Source: Crocinitomicaceae bacterium
Lineage (GTDB): Bacteria; Pseudomonadota; Gammaproteobacteria; Pseudomonadales; Oceanobacteraceae
Direction of reading: 5' to 3'
Assembly (NCBI GenBank): GCA_047628755.1
Contig: JBLHVV010000001.1
Coordinates: forward strand, 24,178 to 88,177
DNA length: 64,000 nt
In this document: one piece after another, positions 10,528-20,485 of the stretch
Numbering within the stretch: position 1 is the first letter of the stretch
Layout of the letters: every line of letters begins with the position of its first letter
The notes under the pieces: model-generated
Told to the model about the DNA's origin: nothing
Database searches by the model: none
The model's input: only the letters and a program-made list of their open reading frames with translations
Program-made: the position numbers and the translations under genes

Positions 10528-11331
10528 TTGTGTGTGAAAAATTTATTTGATGTAGCGGGAAAAATAGCCGTAATTACAGGTGGCTCTCGCGGAATTGGCG
10601 CCATGATGGCTCAGGGTCTAATCGAAAACGGTGCCAAGGTATATATTACTGCCCGCAAAGAACTTGAGCTGCAAGCGGCGCAGGAAGCACTTGGGAAACT
10701 AGGCGAATGCGTTGCTATTCGTTCTGATTTATCAAGTAATGAAGGCGTCATTGCTTTTGCTGACGAAATAAAAAAACGGGAAGAAAAAATAGACATACTC
10801 ATTAATAATGCAGGAGCATCTTGGGGTGCGCCCTTTGAAGAATTTACTGAATCAGCTTGGGATAAAGTAATGGACTTAAACGTAAAGTCATTATTCTTTT
10901 TAACCCAGCAGCTCGCTCCCGTATTAAAAAATGCCGCCACTTACGAAAACCCTGCCCGTGTTATTAATATAGCATCGGTAAATGGGTTAACTCATCCTGG
11001 TATGCAAACGTATTCTTACACATCGAGTAAAGCGGCCGTTATCCACTTAACTAAACATCTAGCGGTAGACCTAGCGCCAAGTAACATTAATGTAAATGCA
11101 ATTGCACCAGGTTTTTTCCCAAGTAATATGACCGCATTTTTAGCTAACGATGAAGCGATAAGTGCCAAGCTAACGGGCAATCTTCCCCGTGGTCGTATGG
11201 GCGATGCAAAAGATGCCGCCGGAGCCGCTATTTATTTATCATCGCGCGCCACCGCTTGGATGACGGGTAATACATTGGTATTAGATGGTGGGCAAGTGGC
11301 GGCTGCAGGGTCAAGCGACGTTCCACACTAG
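10528..11331 (+). CDS. Short-chain dehydrogenase/reductase
   Basis: TGGSRGIG, NNAG, YTSSK catalytic motif; start may be GTG at 10534. Confidence 0.9.
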   Translation: MCVKNLFDVAGKIAVITGGSRGIGAMMAQGLIENGAKVYITARKELELQAAQEALGKLGECVAIRSDLSSNEGVIAFADEIKKREEKIDILINNAGASWGAPFEEFTESAWDKVMDLNVKSLFFLTQQLAPVLKNAATYENPARVINIASVNGLTHPGMQTYSYTSSKAAVIHLTKHLAVDLAPSNINVNAIAPGFFPSNMTAFLANDEAISAKLTGNLPRGRMGDAKDAAGAAIYLSSRATAWMTGNTLVLDGGQVAAAGSSDVPH

Positions 11332-11415
11332 AATTTGTCATGCAATATCGAACACCTTATAGCAGGTACATCTCATTTACTTGGGTTATAATACCTGCAT
11401 ATTCTCGATTAACGT

Positions 11416-12495
11416 ATGGCAGACATGTCTTTACAATCAATATCTAACCCAGCAACAGATACTCCTAAGCACATTGCCTTTTTCCGCATGTCAGCACTTG
11501 GCGATGTGGTGCTGGCCATTCCTATGGTTCGTGCATTGCAACACGCTTGGCCTAATTGCCGCATTACTTGGATCACAAGCTCGGCGGTTTTCCCTTTGTT
11601 AGAAGGGCTTGAAGGCATCGAGTTTTTAGTGATTAAAAAGCCGCAAAAGATAAAAGATTATTTGGAATTGCGTAAGCTGTTCAAACAATATGAATTCGAT
11701 ATTTTAATTGCAGCTCAGGCCAGTTTTAGAACCAATCTTATTTACCCGCATATTAATGCCAAACGAAAAATTGGTTTTGATAATGGCCGCGCCAAAGACC
11801 TACATTCATTTTTTGTCAAAGAACAGATTCCATCTGCCGACCAACATCTTGCTGAAGGTTTTATGGGGTTCGCTCGGTATTTGGGTGTAGATATACCAAC
11901 TGATGCCGCAGACTTTGACTGGCAGCTATACGTTAGTCCACAGGATAAGTCGTGGGCTAAAAGCCAACAAAAAATAATCAGCAGTAAATACGTAGCCATT
12001 AACGCAGCAGCCAGTAAGGCCGAGCGCACGTGGAAGGCCGAGCATTACGCTCAGCTGATCGATCAAGCATCTGCAAAGTATGATGTAGAGTTTGTATTAA
12101 CGGGTGGCCCTGCGGCCAACGAAATTGCATTGGCAGAGGAAATTCAAGCTTTAGCCAAAACCCCAATCGATAACTTAGTGGGCAAGACTAAACACAAACA
12201 AATAGCCGCCTTGTTAGGTGAAGTAGATTGCCTAATTGCGCCTGACACAGGTCCAGCTCATATAGCGGTTGCTATGAATACGCCTGTGATTGGATTGTAT
12301 GCGGTGGCCCGATCAGGGCTATCTGGTCCTTATCAAAACCCAGATTACACCGTTGATAAATACCCTCAGGCGGTAGAGAAGTATTTAGGCAAGACGCTCA
12401 AATATGCTGGCTGGCATGAGCGTGTTCATCACGCTGATGCAATGGACTTAATAACTGTTGAGGATGTTCTGGAGCAATTAGATCGGATTTTATAG
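11416..12495 (+). CDS. Glycosyltransferase family 9 (LPS heptosyltransferase-like)
   Basis: RMSALGDVV, DTGPAHIA, PVIGLY motifs. Confidence 0.9.
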   Translation: MADMSLQSISNPATDTPKHIAFFRMSALGDVVLAIPMVRALQHAWPNCRITWITSSAVFPLLEGLEGIEFLVIKKPQKIKDYLELRKLFKQYEFDILIAAQASFRTNLIYPHINAKRKIGFDNGRAKDLHSFFVKEQIPSADQHLAEGFMGFARYLGVDIPTDAADFDWQLYVSPQDKSWAKSQQKIISSKYVAINAAASKAERTWKAEHYAQLIDQASAKYDVEFVLTGGPAANEIALAEEIQALAKTPIDNLVGKTKHKQIAALLGEVDCLIAPDTGPAHIAVAMNTPVIGLYAVARSGLSGPYQNPDYTVDKYPQAVEKYLGKTLKYAGWHERVHHADAMDLITVEDVLEQLDRIL

Positions 12496-12532
12496 AAAGC
12501 TGGTATCGCGGTGAGTTACCGGCTCCTACTAA

Positions 12533-12817
12533 CTAGTGTTTTGTATTATCAGCAGGCATCACTTCAAAGATCTTAATGGCCTGTTCATCTTCGTCTCTAA
12601 TAACTTTGCCTTCAGGTGTTACGCGCGTAGTGATCTCCGTGGCTAGGGACATATCAGCCGCCATTTCCTCTTCACTTTTCATTATGTCAATGTAATCACA
12701 TACAACGCATTCACGAGTTTCACGACCTTCGTCGTTTTTGTACATAACCATTTTATCCATTTCTGAACATTTTGGGCACACAGCACCTGCAATAAAGCGT
12801 TTGTTAGATTTAAACAT
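12533..12817 (-). CDS. YheV-family putative zinc-ribbon protein
   Basis: KRFIAGAVCPKC...RECVVC; likely start MFKSNKRF at 12817; downstream of prlC. Confidence 0.8.
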   Translation of the reverse strand: MFKSNKRFIAGAVCPKCSEMDKMVMYKNDEGRETRECVVCDYIDIMKSEEEMAADMSLATEITTRVTPEGKVIRDEDEQAIKIFEVMPADNTKH

Positions 12818-12916
12818 TGGGTGTCTCTTAGGGGTGGCTATACATGTAATTATACAGACTTTAACAGGTATATTATATCTGCAGGAGTCGAGCTTGCTGT
12901 ACTCCTGCATTTGACC

Positions 12917-14968
12917 TTATTTAATGCCGCAATGCCTTAACAATGCGTCAACCTTGGGCTCTCGCCCACGGAAGTTCTTAAACAATTCCGCCGCATCCAG
13001 TTCACCACCGCGACTGAGTATTTCATTAAAAAAAGACTGGCCTGTTTCTTTATTGAATATGCCTTCTTCTTCAAAGCGGCTAAATGCATCGGCACTTAGC
13101 ACTTCAGCCCACTTGTAGCTGTAATAACCTGCACTGTATCCACCGGCAAATATGTGACTAAAGCTGTGCTGAAAGCGATTAAATTCAGGAACTGGAATGA
13201 CAGATATGGTATCGCGTATATCGTTTAACACCTTTTGAACAGGCACAGGCGCGTCTGGTTTGTAGTTCAAATGCATTTTAAAATCGAATAATGAAAATTC
13301 TAACTGACGGATCATCATGATGGCAGTTTGAAAGTTCTTGGCCGCTAACATTTTATCCAAAAGATCTTTTGGCAAAGGCTCACCGGTGTCCACGTGACCA
13401 CTTATAAAGGCCAGTGCTTCAGGTTCCCAGCACCAGTTTTCTAAAAACTGACTTGGTAATTCCACTGCATCCCAAGCTACACCATTAATACCGCTAACCG
13501 CTGCAGTATTTACCTTGGTTAGCATATGGTGAATACCATGACCAAATTCATGGAACAAGGTAGTGAGTTCGTTATGATTTAATAATGCAGGCTTATCGCC
13601 TACAGGCGGAGTAAAGTTGCATACCAAGTAAGCCACGGGTACTTGGGCTTCGCCATTGGCTTTGGTGCGACGAACTCGACATTCGTCCATCCATGCGCCA
13701 CCGCGTTTCTTAGCCCGTGCGTATAAGTCTAAATAAAACTGTGCGACTAAGTGGCCATCTTTTTTAATGCTAAACAGTTTTGCATCGTCATGATATACAT
13801 CGCCGTTTTGCACAGAAGCTTCGGTATTTTCTTCAATGGTCACATCAAATAAGCGATTGGCCACTTCAAACAACCCCGACAATGCCTTGGGTGCTGGAAA
13901 ATAGGGTTTGATTTCTTCTTGGCTTACGCTGTAACGATCTTGTTTAAGCTTTTCACCAAAGTAGGTGACATCCCAAGCATTCATTTGGGTTTTGCCAGCA
14001 CTCTCTTTAGCGAAAGTCTCTAATTCTAAAAATTCTTGCTGAGCCTGTGATCGAGATTTTTCTGCTAGATCTTCTAAAAATCCCACTACTTGCTCTGGAC
14101 TGTCAGCCATTTTAGTGGCCAAAGAATAATGGGCAAAGCTCTCAAAGCCTAAAAGGTTGGCCAATTCATGGCGTAACTTTAATATCTCAGCCATATTGTC
14201 ACTGTTATCGAACTCACCGGCTTGTGGGCCTTGGTCTGAGGCACGAGTAGCGAAGGCCGTGTACATTTCTTTGCGCAGACTTTCGTCATCGCAGTACATC
14301 ATCACAGGCAGATAGCATGGGAAATCTAAGGTGAGCAGGTAACCTTCTTTATTATTTTCTTTGGCTACTTGCTGAAAACCTTCAAGTGCCGAATCAGGAA
14401 TGCCTTTAAGGGCGGCTTTATCTGTAATTAGCTTTTGCCATTTACTGGTGGCGTCTAAAACATTTTCACCAAATTTACTGCTTAGCTCGCTCAGTCGAGA
14501 TTTAATTTCTCCATAACGTTGTTTCTTCTCATCTGATAAATCTACCCCTGCCAGATGGAAATCGCGTAATCCGTTATCAATAGATTTTTGTTGAGCTAGG
14601 TCCAGTGTGGCAAATTCAGCGCTGTCTTTAATAGCCTGATAGGCCTGTTGAAGGCTTTTATTTTGTCCAAGTTCGGTGCTGTAAGCCGATAACTTAGGCA
14701 AGCAAGCGTTATAAGCATCGCGCAGCTCATCGCTATTACAAACACTGTTTAAATGGCTAACTGGGCTAAATGCTTTGCTTAGGGAATCGTCGTATTCTTC
14801 TAGCTTAGCTACTAAATTGCTCCAGCTAGGGTTTTGTTGTTGGCTCAATGCGGCAATGGCAGTTAAATTATTATCAAGGTGTTCAGTGATAGCCTTTTCA
14901 ATGTCTTTAACATTAATATCGTTAAACTTTGGCAATGCTTGTGGATTGGACAATGTAGCGGATGGCAT
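12917..14968 (-). CDS. prlC: Oligopeptidase A (M3 family)
   Basis: HEFGH zinc motif, WDAVELPSQ, HIFAGGYSAGYYSYKWAE. Confidence 0.95.
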   Translation of the reverse strand: MPSATLSNPQALPKFNDINVKDIEKAITEHLDNNLTAIAALSQQQNPSWSNLVAKLEEYDDSLSKAFSPVSHLNSVCNSDELRDAYNACLPKLSAYSTELGQNKSLQQAYQAIKDSAEFATLDLAQQKSIDNGLRDFHLAGVDLSDEKKQRYGEIKSRLSELSSKFGENVLDATSKWQKLITDKAALKGIPDSALEGFQQVAKENNKEGYLLTLDFPCYLPVMMYCDDESLRKEMYTAFATRASDQGPQAGEFDNSDNMAEILKLRHELANLLGFESFAHYSLATKMADSPEQVVGFLEDLAEKSRSQAQQEFLELETFAKESAGKTQMNAWDVTYFGEKLKQDRYSVSQEEIKPYFPAPKALSGLFEVANRLFDVTIEENTEASVQNGDVYHDDAKLFSIKKDGHLVAQFYLDLYARAKKRGGAWMDECRVRRTKANGEAQVPVAYLVCNFTPPVGDKPALLNHNELTTLFHEFGHGIHHMLTKVNTAAVSGINGVAWDAVELPSQFLENWCWEPEALAFISGHVDTGEPLPKDLLDKMLAAKNFQTAIMMIRQLEFSLFDFKMHLNYKPDAPVPVQKVLNDIRDTISVIPVPEFNRFQHSFSHIFAGGYSAGYYSYKWAEVLSADAFSRFEEEGIFNKETGQSFFNEILSRGGELDAAELFKNFRGREPKVDALLRHCGIK

Positions 14969-15005
14969 AGCTAAACCTAGAGAAAATTAGATAGAAGTTA
15001 TAAGG

Positions 15006-15030
15006 TTGGGGCAAAGTTTACGCTTTCAAG
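15006..15030 (-). promoter_or_regulatory. Sigma32 (RpoH)-type promoter for prlC
   Basis: Minus strand CTTGAA-N13-CCCCAA about 40 nt upstream of prlC; prlC is a sigma32-regulon member in E. coli. Confidence 0.65.
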
Positions 15031-15068
15031 CATCATTTAAAAGTAGTTATATAATAGTAGAGGGAAAC

Positions 15069-15611
15069 ATGGCCAATTCTGTTCGATCTTTTAAGGGCAT
15101 GACACCGAAATTAGGCGACAAAGTATTTGTGGACCCCATGGCCACTGTAATTGGTGATGTGATCTTGGGTGATGACTGTTCAGTTTGGCCTAATACCGTT
15201 ATTCGAGGAGACATGCACAAAATAACCATAGGCAATCGCTGCAGCTTACAAGATGGCTCAATTTTACATATTACCCACGCTAGCGATTTTAACCCAGGGG
15301 GCTATCCGTTGACCCTGGGCGACGAAGTAACGGTAGGGCATATGGTAATGCTGCATGGTTGCACGATTGGTTCGCGAGTCTTGATCGGCATGCAATCAAT
15401 GGTCATGGATGGTGCCGTTATTGAGGACAATGTGGTGCTGGGAGCCGGGTCGTTAGTGCCACCGGGTAAAGTATTAGAAAGTGGCTATATGTATGTGGGT
15501 CGCCCAGCTAAGCAAGTCAGGCCATTAAGTGAAAAAGAATTACGTTTTTTCTCTTACTCAGCTGGTAATTATGTAAAATTGAAGGATCAGTATATTAATG
15601 AAGCCTATTAA
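15069..15611 (+). CDS. Gamma carbonic anhydrase family protein (YrdA-like)
   Basis: Hexapeptide repeats, IRGD, LHITH, VGHMVMLHGC; likely start MANSVRSF at 15069. Confidence 0.9.
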   Translation: MANSVRSFKGMTPKLGDKVFVDPMATVIGDVILGDDCSVWPNTVIRGDMHKITIGNRCSLQDGSILHITHASDFNPGGYPLTLGDEVTVGHMVMLHGCTIGSRVLIGMQSMVMDGAVIEDNVVLGAGSLVPPGKVLESGYMYVGRPAKQVRPLSEKELRFFSYSAGNYVKLKDQYINEAY

Positions 15612-15729
15612 TTAAGCTGTACTAATCAAGGTAAAAAATTACGTTTACACCAGATAGACTAATAGTAATCTTCGGCTGTTTTGTTAAAATTAACATTTAA
15701 TCAAGCCAAAACGAGTTCAAGGATGAGCC

Positions 15730-16575
15730 ATGTCAAATACTCTTATATTTATAATACTGCTAATCAGTTTGTTAATACCAAATTGGTTATATGCTAAGGA
15801 AGTTGTACCTAGTCTAGCCCTTGCCAAACACTTTAAAAATGATATGCAATCCCCCTCTTATTGGGTCAGTGAAAAGTTAGATGGCATTCGTTGTTATTGG
15901 GACGGAATATCTTTAGTAACACGTAATGGAAATAAAATTAATCCGCCCCTATGGTTTACTCAATCATTTCCGACTACAGAAATGGATGGTGAGCTTTGGA
16001 TAGGACGTGGCAGTTTTCAATTATTAACAAAGATCGCTTTAGATGATAAGCCTAACGTCAAGCTATGGGAGGATGTATCTTACCAAGTATTTGATTTACC
16101 CAGTTCAAAATATCCCTTCGAGTTACGTCAGAAGCAACTTAAGGCCATTGTTGATAAAGCCAATATTCCTCATTTAAAACATGTACGGCAAGAAAAAATA
16201 ACAGGTCTTGATCGTATACAGTTACATCTTAAAAAGTTGGTGAATCAAGGCGCAGAAGGAATTATGCTGCGCACACCAGGTAGTCCATATGTGGCTGGTA
16301 GATCAAAACACTTATTAAAAATGAAATTGCGTCAAGATGCAGAGGCAAGAGTAATAGCCTATCAAACTGGCCGTGGTAAATATGAGAATATGATGGGTGC
16401 TATTTGGGTGGAAATGGAAGACGGCACATTATTTAAAATTGGCACAGGGTTTAGCGATGAAGACCGTAAAGAGCCACCTATTATAGGGGCTGATATTACT
16501 TTTTCGTACCAAGGATTAACTGATAGAGGTTTACCAAGATTTGCCAGTTTTGAACGAGAAAAAGTTAAAGAGTAA
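15730..16575 (+). CDS. Minimal ATP-dependent DNA ligase with signal peptide (Lig E type)
   Basis: SEKLDG adenylation motif, DGELW, EGIML, LLKMK, OB domain ending GLPRF; hydrophobic N-terminal leader. Confidence 0.88.
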   Translation: MSNTLIFIILLISLLIPNWLYAKEVVPSLALAKHFKNDMQSPSYWVSEKLDGIRCYWDGISLVTRNGNKINPPLWFTQSFPTTEMDGELWIGRGSFQLLTKIALDDKPNVKLWEDVSYQVFDLPSSKYPFELRQKQLKAIVDKANIPHLKHVRQEKITGLDRIQLHLKKLVNQGAEGIMLRTPGSPYVAGRSKHLLKMKLRQDAEARVIAYQTGRGKYENMMGAIWVEMEDGTLFKIGTGFSDEDRKEPPIIGADITFSYQGLTDRGLPRFASFEREKVKE

Positions 16576-16593
16576 TTTTTTTAGTTTTAATAG

Positions 16594-16626
16594 AAAACCG
16601 CTCAATTAAATATTGAGCGGTTTTTT
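16594..16626. terminator. Bidirectional intrinsic terminator
   Basis: aaaaCCGCTCAAT-taaat-ATTGAGCGGtttttt between convergent genes. Confidence 0.85.
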
Positions 16627-16638
16627 ATGGCTTAAAAA

Positions 16639-17277
16639 TCAACTAAAAGCCCATTCAATGCCACTGGCATTTCCCATACAAGGCCATTGTTGTAAAATTG
16701 AAGTTAGATTACCTTTTTCAGATGCAACATAGTCTTTGAATTTTCTGCTGTCATAACTTTTCTCTGCGGGCATCATTTTATCAACCGTGCGTTGCACAAG
16801 GGCGTCTAATTTATTTGCCAGTTCTTCACCCACTAATTGATGTGCTACTACGTTTGCTAGCGTCATATCCCAAGGTATTAAAGGCATTCCCACTCGAGCA
16901 ATATAACGGTCATTTACTTCTTCGAATAATCGATGTGCCAAGTAGGCTTCGTCCATTAATGCCATTAATCCCAAATGGTCATCGGGTAACGTTGGGGGCT
17001 TGGTAAAATAGTCTTCAGCTACTTTTAAAAAAGGAAAAACATGATTTTCAATACCGGCGTTTTCAGAAGCTTGTTTTAAAGACTCTAAAAAATCTGGTAC
17101 ATGATGGATGTATTCCATAGCAAACTTATTTAAGGATTCTAGTTCTTTATCTTTTTCTATTTTTAATCGATTAGGCAAATCTTCAACACGAAGTTTTAAG
17201 TGACGTTGCAAGCAGTGTGCTTTTTCTTCGTGATAAAATGCCTGACTTATGATGGAGCGTAATGTGCTGACCCGCAT
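16639..17277 (-). CDS. Hypothetical all-helical protein
   Basis: Long ORF, SD (AGGAG) before MRVSTLRS at 17277; motif LMDEAYLAHRLFEEVND; no function recognised. Confidence 0.7.
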   Translation of the reverse strand: MRVSTLRSIISQAFYHEEKAHCLQRHLKLRVEDLPNRLKIEKDKELESLNKFAMEYIHHVPDFLESLKQASENAGIENHVFPFLKVAEDYFTKPPTLPDDHLGLMALMDEAYLAHRLFEEVNDRYIARVGMPLIPWDMTLANVVAHQLVGEELANKLDALVQRTVDKMMPAEKSYDSRKFKDYVASEKGNLTSILQQWPCMGNASGIEWAFS

Positions 17278-17570
17278 GTGTATCTCCTTGAATGCTGTAT
17301 TGGTTACTATGCTATTAGTGGTAGGGCCAATCACATCATATTTTATAGTTATTATTTTTTTGACTTTTTTATTTTTATAAGCTATTCCGGCATCTAAAGT
17401 ACGGAATTCAGCGGATTTCTACAACACAATCCTGCTCTTTCTTTAGAAGATAAATCCATAAGAGGCTGCCTTTAATTCTTTTTAATTGTTAGTAATAGGC
17501 AATGCATTTAATAGTAGACTAGCGACCGGTCTTTGCCAGTTTTTATGGGCGAATTAATGTGTAATGGGCA

Positions 17571-18887
17571 TTAGTTGGCATATTTGATCATCTGTGATGG
17601 CAATTGGTACAGTAACCAAATTGCACGTGCTGTGAGAAAACCATACATAGCCAACCAGAGTCCGTGGTATTCCCAAAAGGAGAAGAGGTAAACCATTGGT
17701 AAAAATATAAGAATTAGAGAAAATATCACACTGTTTTTCATTTCATTGGCACACGCCATTCCAATATAAATCCCATCTAACCAATAACTGGCAAACCCTG
17801 CTAACGGTAAAAAAATTAGCCAAAGAGAGAGCGTATTTAAAAGTGTTATTACATCTTGCTGACTTGTTAATAGCGCAAATATACTGTCGTAAGTAACGGC
17901 CAATATCAGTGTGAATATAATCGCCGCAATCAGTGACCATAAACCCGATGCTGTAATGATCGGTTTTAGTCGCTTGTATTGCTTGTCAGCAATGGACTGG
18001 CCCACCATAGATTCACTTGCAGCAGCAAAACCATCTAAGGCATTGCTCATGAACATTAATAAGTTAATAAGTATGGCGTTGGCACTTAACAGTACGGGGC
18101 TATGTTGTGCTCCTTGTGCCATGAAAAATGCAAATGCAAATAACAGTAAAAATGTTCGAATAAAAAGTTGGAAATTAAGGTTAATAAATTGTTTAAATCT
18201 CTGGCGCATATTAGGCCAGGCCTTTGACTGAAAAATAGATTGTTTGATCGTGTTTTTAATAAAAAACAAACCTAGGGCAATTTGAAACAACTCTGCCAGA
18301 TTACTGCCCCAAGCAACGCCTGCACTAAACCCATTTAATTTATATACAAATATATAATTGAGTAATGCGTTTAATAGGTTGGTACTCACTAATAATACTA
18401 GGTTAATACGAGTCAAACCTTTACCAATAAAATATCCAATCACCACATAGTTTAATAATGTAACGGGGGCAAAATAAAATCGGATATTAAGATACTCTAT
18501 GGCCAAAGAACTAATTTCAGGTGTGGCGCCAATTAATCCCACCATCAGTTCAATCAGCCATGGCCCAATCATAATTAACAGGCATCCAATAACAGTGGCA
18601 AATAGTAACGCGCTTTGTAAAATACCACTCACTTCCACGGCTTGATTGTAGTGACTAGCAATTAAAGCGGTGGTGCCCATGCGTAAAAAAGAAAAGCTCC
18701 ACATGACCATAACTAATAAGCTACTGGCCATGGCGACCGCCGCTAAGTATCGACTATCGGGTAAGTGTCCTAAAATAGCGGTATCTACCAAGCCTAAAAG
18801 CGGCACAGATATATTTGATAACATGACAGGTAACGCCAGAGCCCATAAAGTGGCATGTATTGATTGTGTTTTTACGGAGGATTGCAC
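17571..18887 (-). CDS. MATE efflux transporter (DinF-like)
   Basis: PVMLSNISVPLLGLVDTAILGHL, FLRMGTT, ALDGFA; multi-TM. Confidence 0.9.
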   Translation of the reverse strand: MQSSVKTQSIHATLWALALPVMLSNISVPLLGLVDTAILGHLPDSRYLAAVAMASSLLVMVMWSFSFLRMGTTALIASHYNQAVEVSGILQSALLFATVIGCLLIMIGPWLIELMVGLIGATPEISSLAIEYLNIRFYFAPVTLLNYVVIGYFIGKGLTRINLVLLVSTNLLNALLNYIFVYKLNGFSAGVAWGSNLAELFQIALGLFFIKNTIKQSIFQSKAWPNMRQRFKQFINLNFQLFIRTFLLLFAFAFFMAQGAQHSPVLLSANAILINLLMFMSNALDGFAAASESMVGQSIADKQYKRLKPIITASGLWSLIAAIIFTLILAVTYDSIFALLTSQQDVITLLNTLSLWLIFLPLAGFASYWLDGIYIGMACANEMKNSVIFSLILIFLPMVYLFSFWEYHGLWLAMYGFLTARAIWLLYQLPSQMIKYAN

Positions 18888-18942
18888 AGAATGGTGCCCA
18901 GTAGGATTAAATAAATGTTCAGTATTTATGAAAGGTTTGATT

Positions 18943-19506
18943 ATGCGTCAGTTATTGAAAATTGTCTTTGGAATATTAGTTTCGTTAGCCGTTATTTCGT
19001 GCACAACAGAGATGCCAGAGAGCTATCAGCCGTTACCTAAAAGCGTTCAGATAACACCTTTCTCTTTATACGATCAAGATGGAGAAACCATTACAGTAGA
19101 CACTTTTAAGGGTCATTGGAGCTTGGCATTTTTTGGTTATACCTATTGCCCTGATGTTTGTCCAACGACCTTGGCTGAAATTAATCAGGCGGCAAAACAG
19201 ATTACTAAAGAAGACTTACAAGTAGTCTTGATATCTGTAGACCCAGAACGTGATACACCAAAACAGCTTAAAAGTTACATTGAATATTTTAATCCAAAGT
19301 TTCAGGCTTGGAGTGGCGAAAAATCACAATTAGAAGCCATCGGTAGGCAGTTACATATATTCTTTCAAAAGAGTGGCGAAGGAGAATACTATTTAATGGA
19401 CCATAGTTCACAGGTGGTTCTAATTAATCCACAGGGGGAGTATCAAGGCTACTTTACATCCCCGCTAAATCCAGCTGAAATGGCAGGATACATCAACTCT
19501 CTTTGA
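18943..19506 (+). CDS. SCO1/SenC family copper chaperone lipoprotein
   Basis: FGYTYCPDVCP, SVDPERDT, DHS; lipobox VISC; likely start MRQLLK at 18943. Confidence 0.9.
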   Translation: MRQLLKIVFGILVSLAVISCTTEMPESYQPLPKSVQITPFSLYDQDGETITVDTFKGHWSLAFFGYTYCPDVCPTTLAEINQAAKQITKEDLQVVLISVDPERDTPKQLKSYIEYFNPKFQAWSGEKSQLEAIGRQLHIFFQKSGEGEYYLMDHSSQVVLINPQGEYQGYFTSPLNPAEMAGYINSL

Positions 19507-19509
19507 GGC

Positions 19510-19767
<258 letters not shown>

Positions 19768-19800
19768 TTATGATGCTCTTGATTCAGTATAACGGCCGAT

Positions 19801-20307
<507 letters not shown>

Positions 20308-20485
20308 TTATGGCCGCATAGTAATCAATTTATAATGCTCACTCAACTAAACTTGCGATATAAGCATATTTAGTGAGCCTTTACAGAGGCATTTTAGGTG
20401 GCGAGTGTTTAATTGATAACCGGCCAGTTCGTCATGCGCATTTATACATTATTAATGATTAAAGTTTAAACGCGCACTTATAACG

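Noticed and set aside
18670-18942. N-terminal extension of the SCO ORF
   Set aside because: Overlaps the MATE gene antisense; the lipoprotein signal starts at 18943
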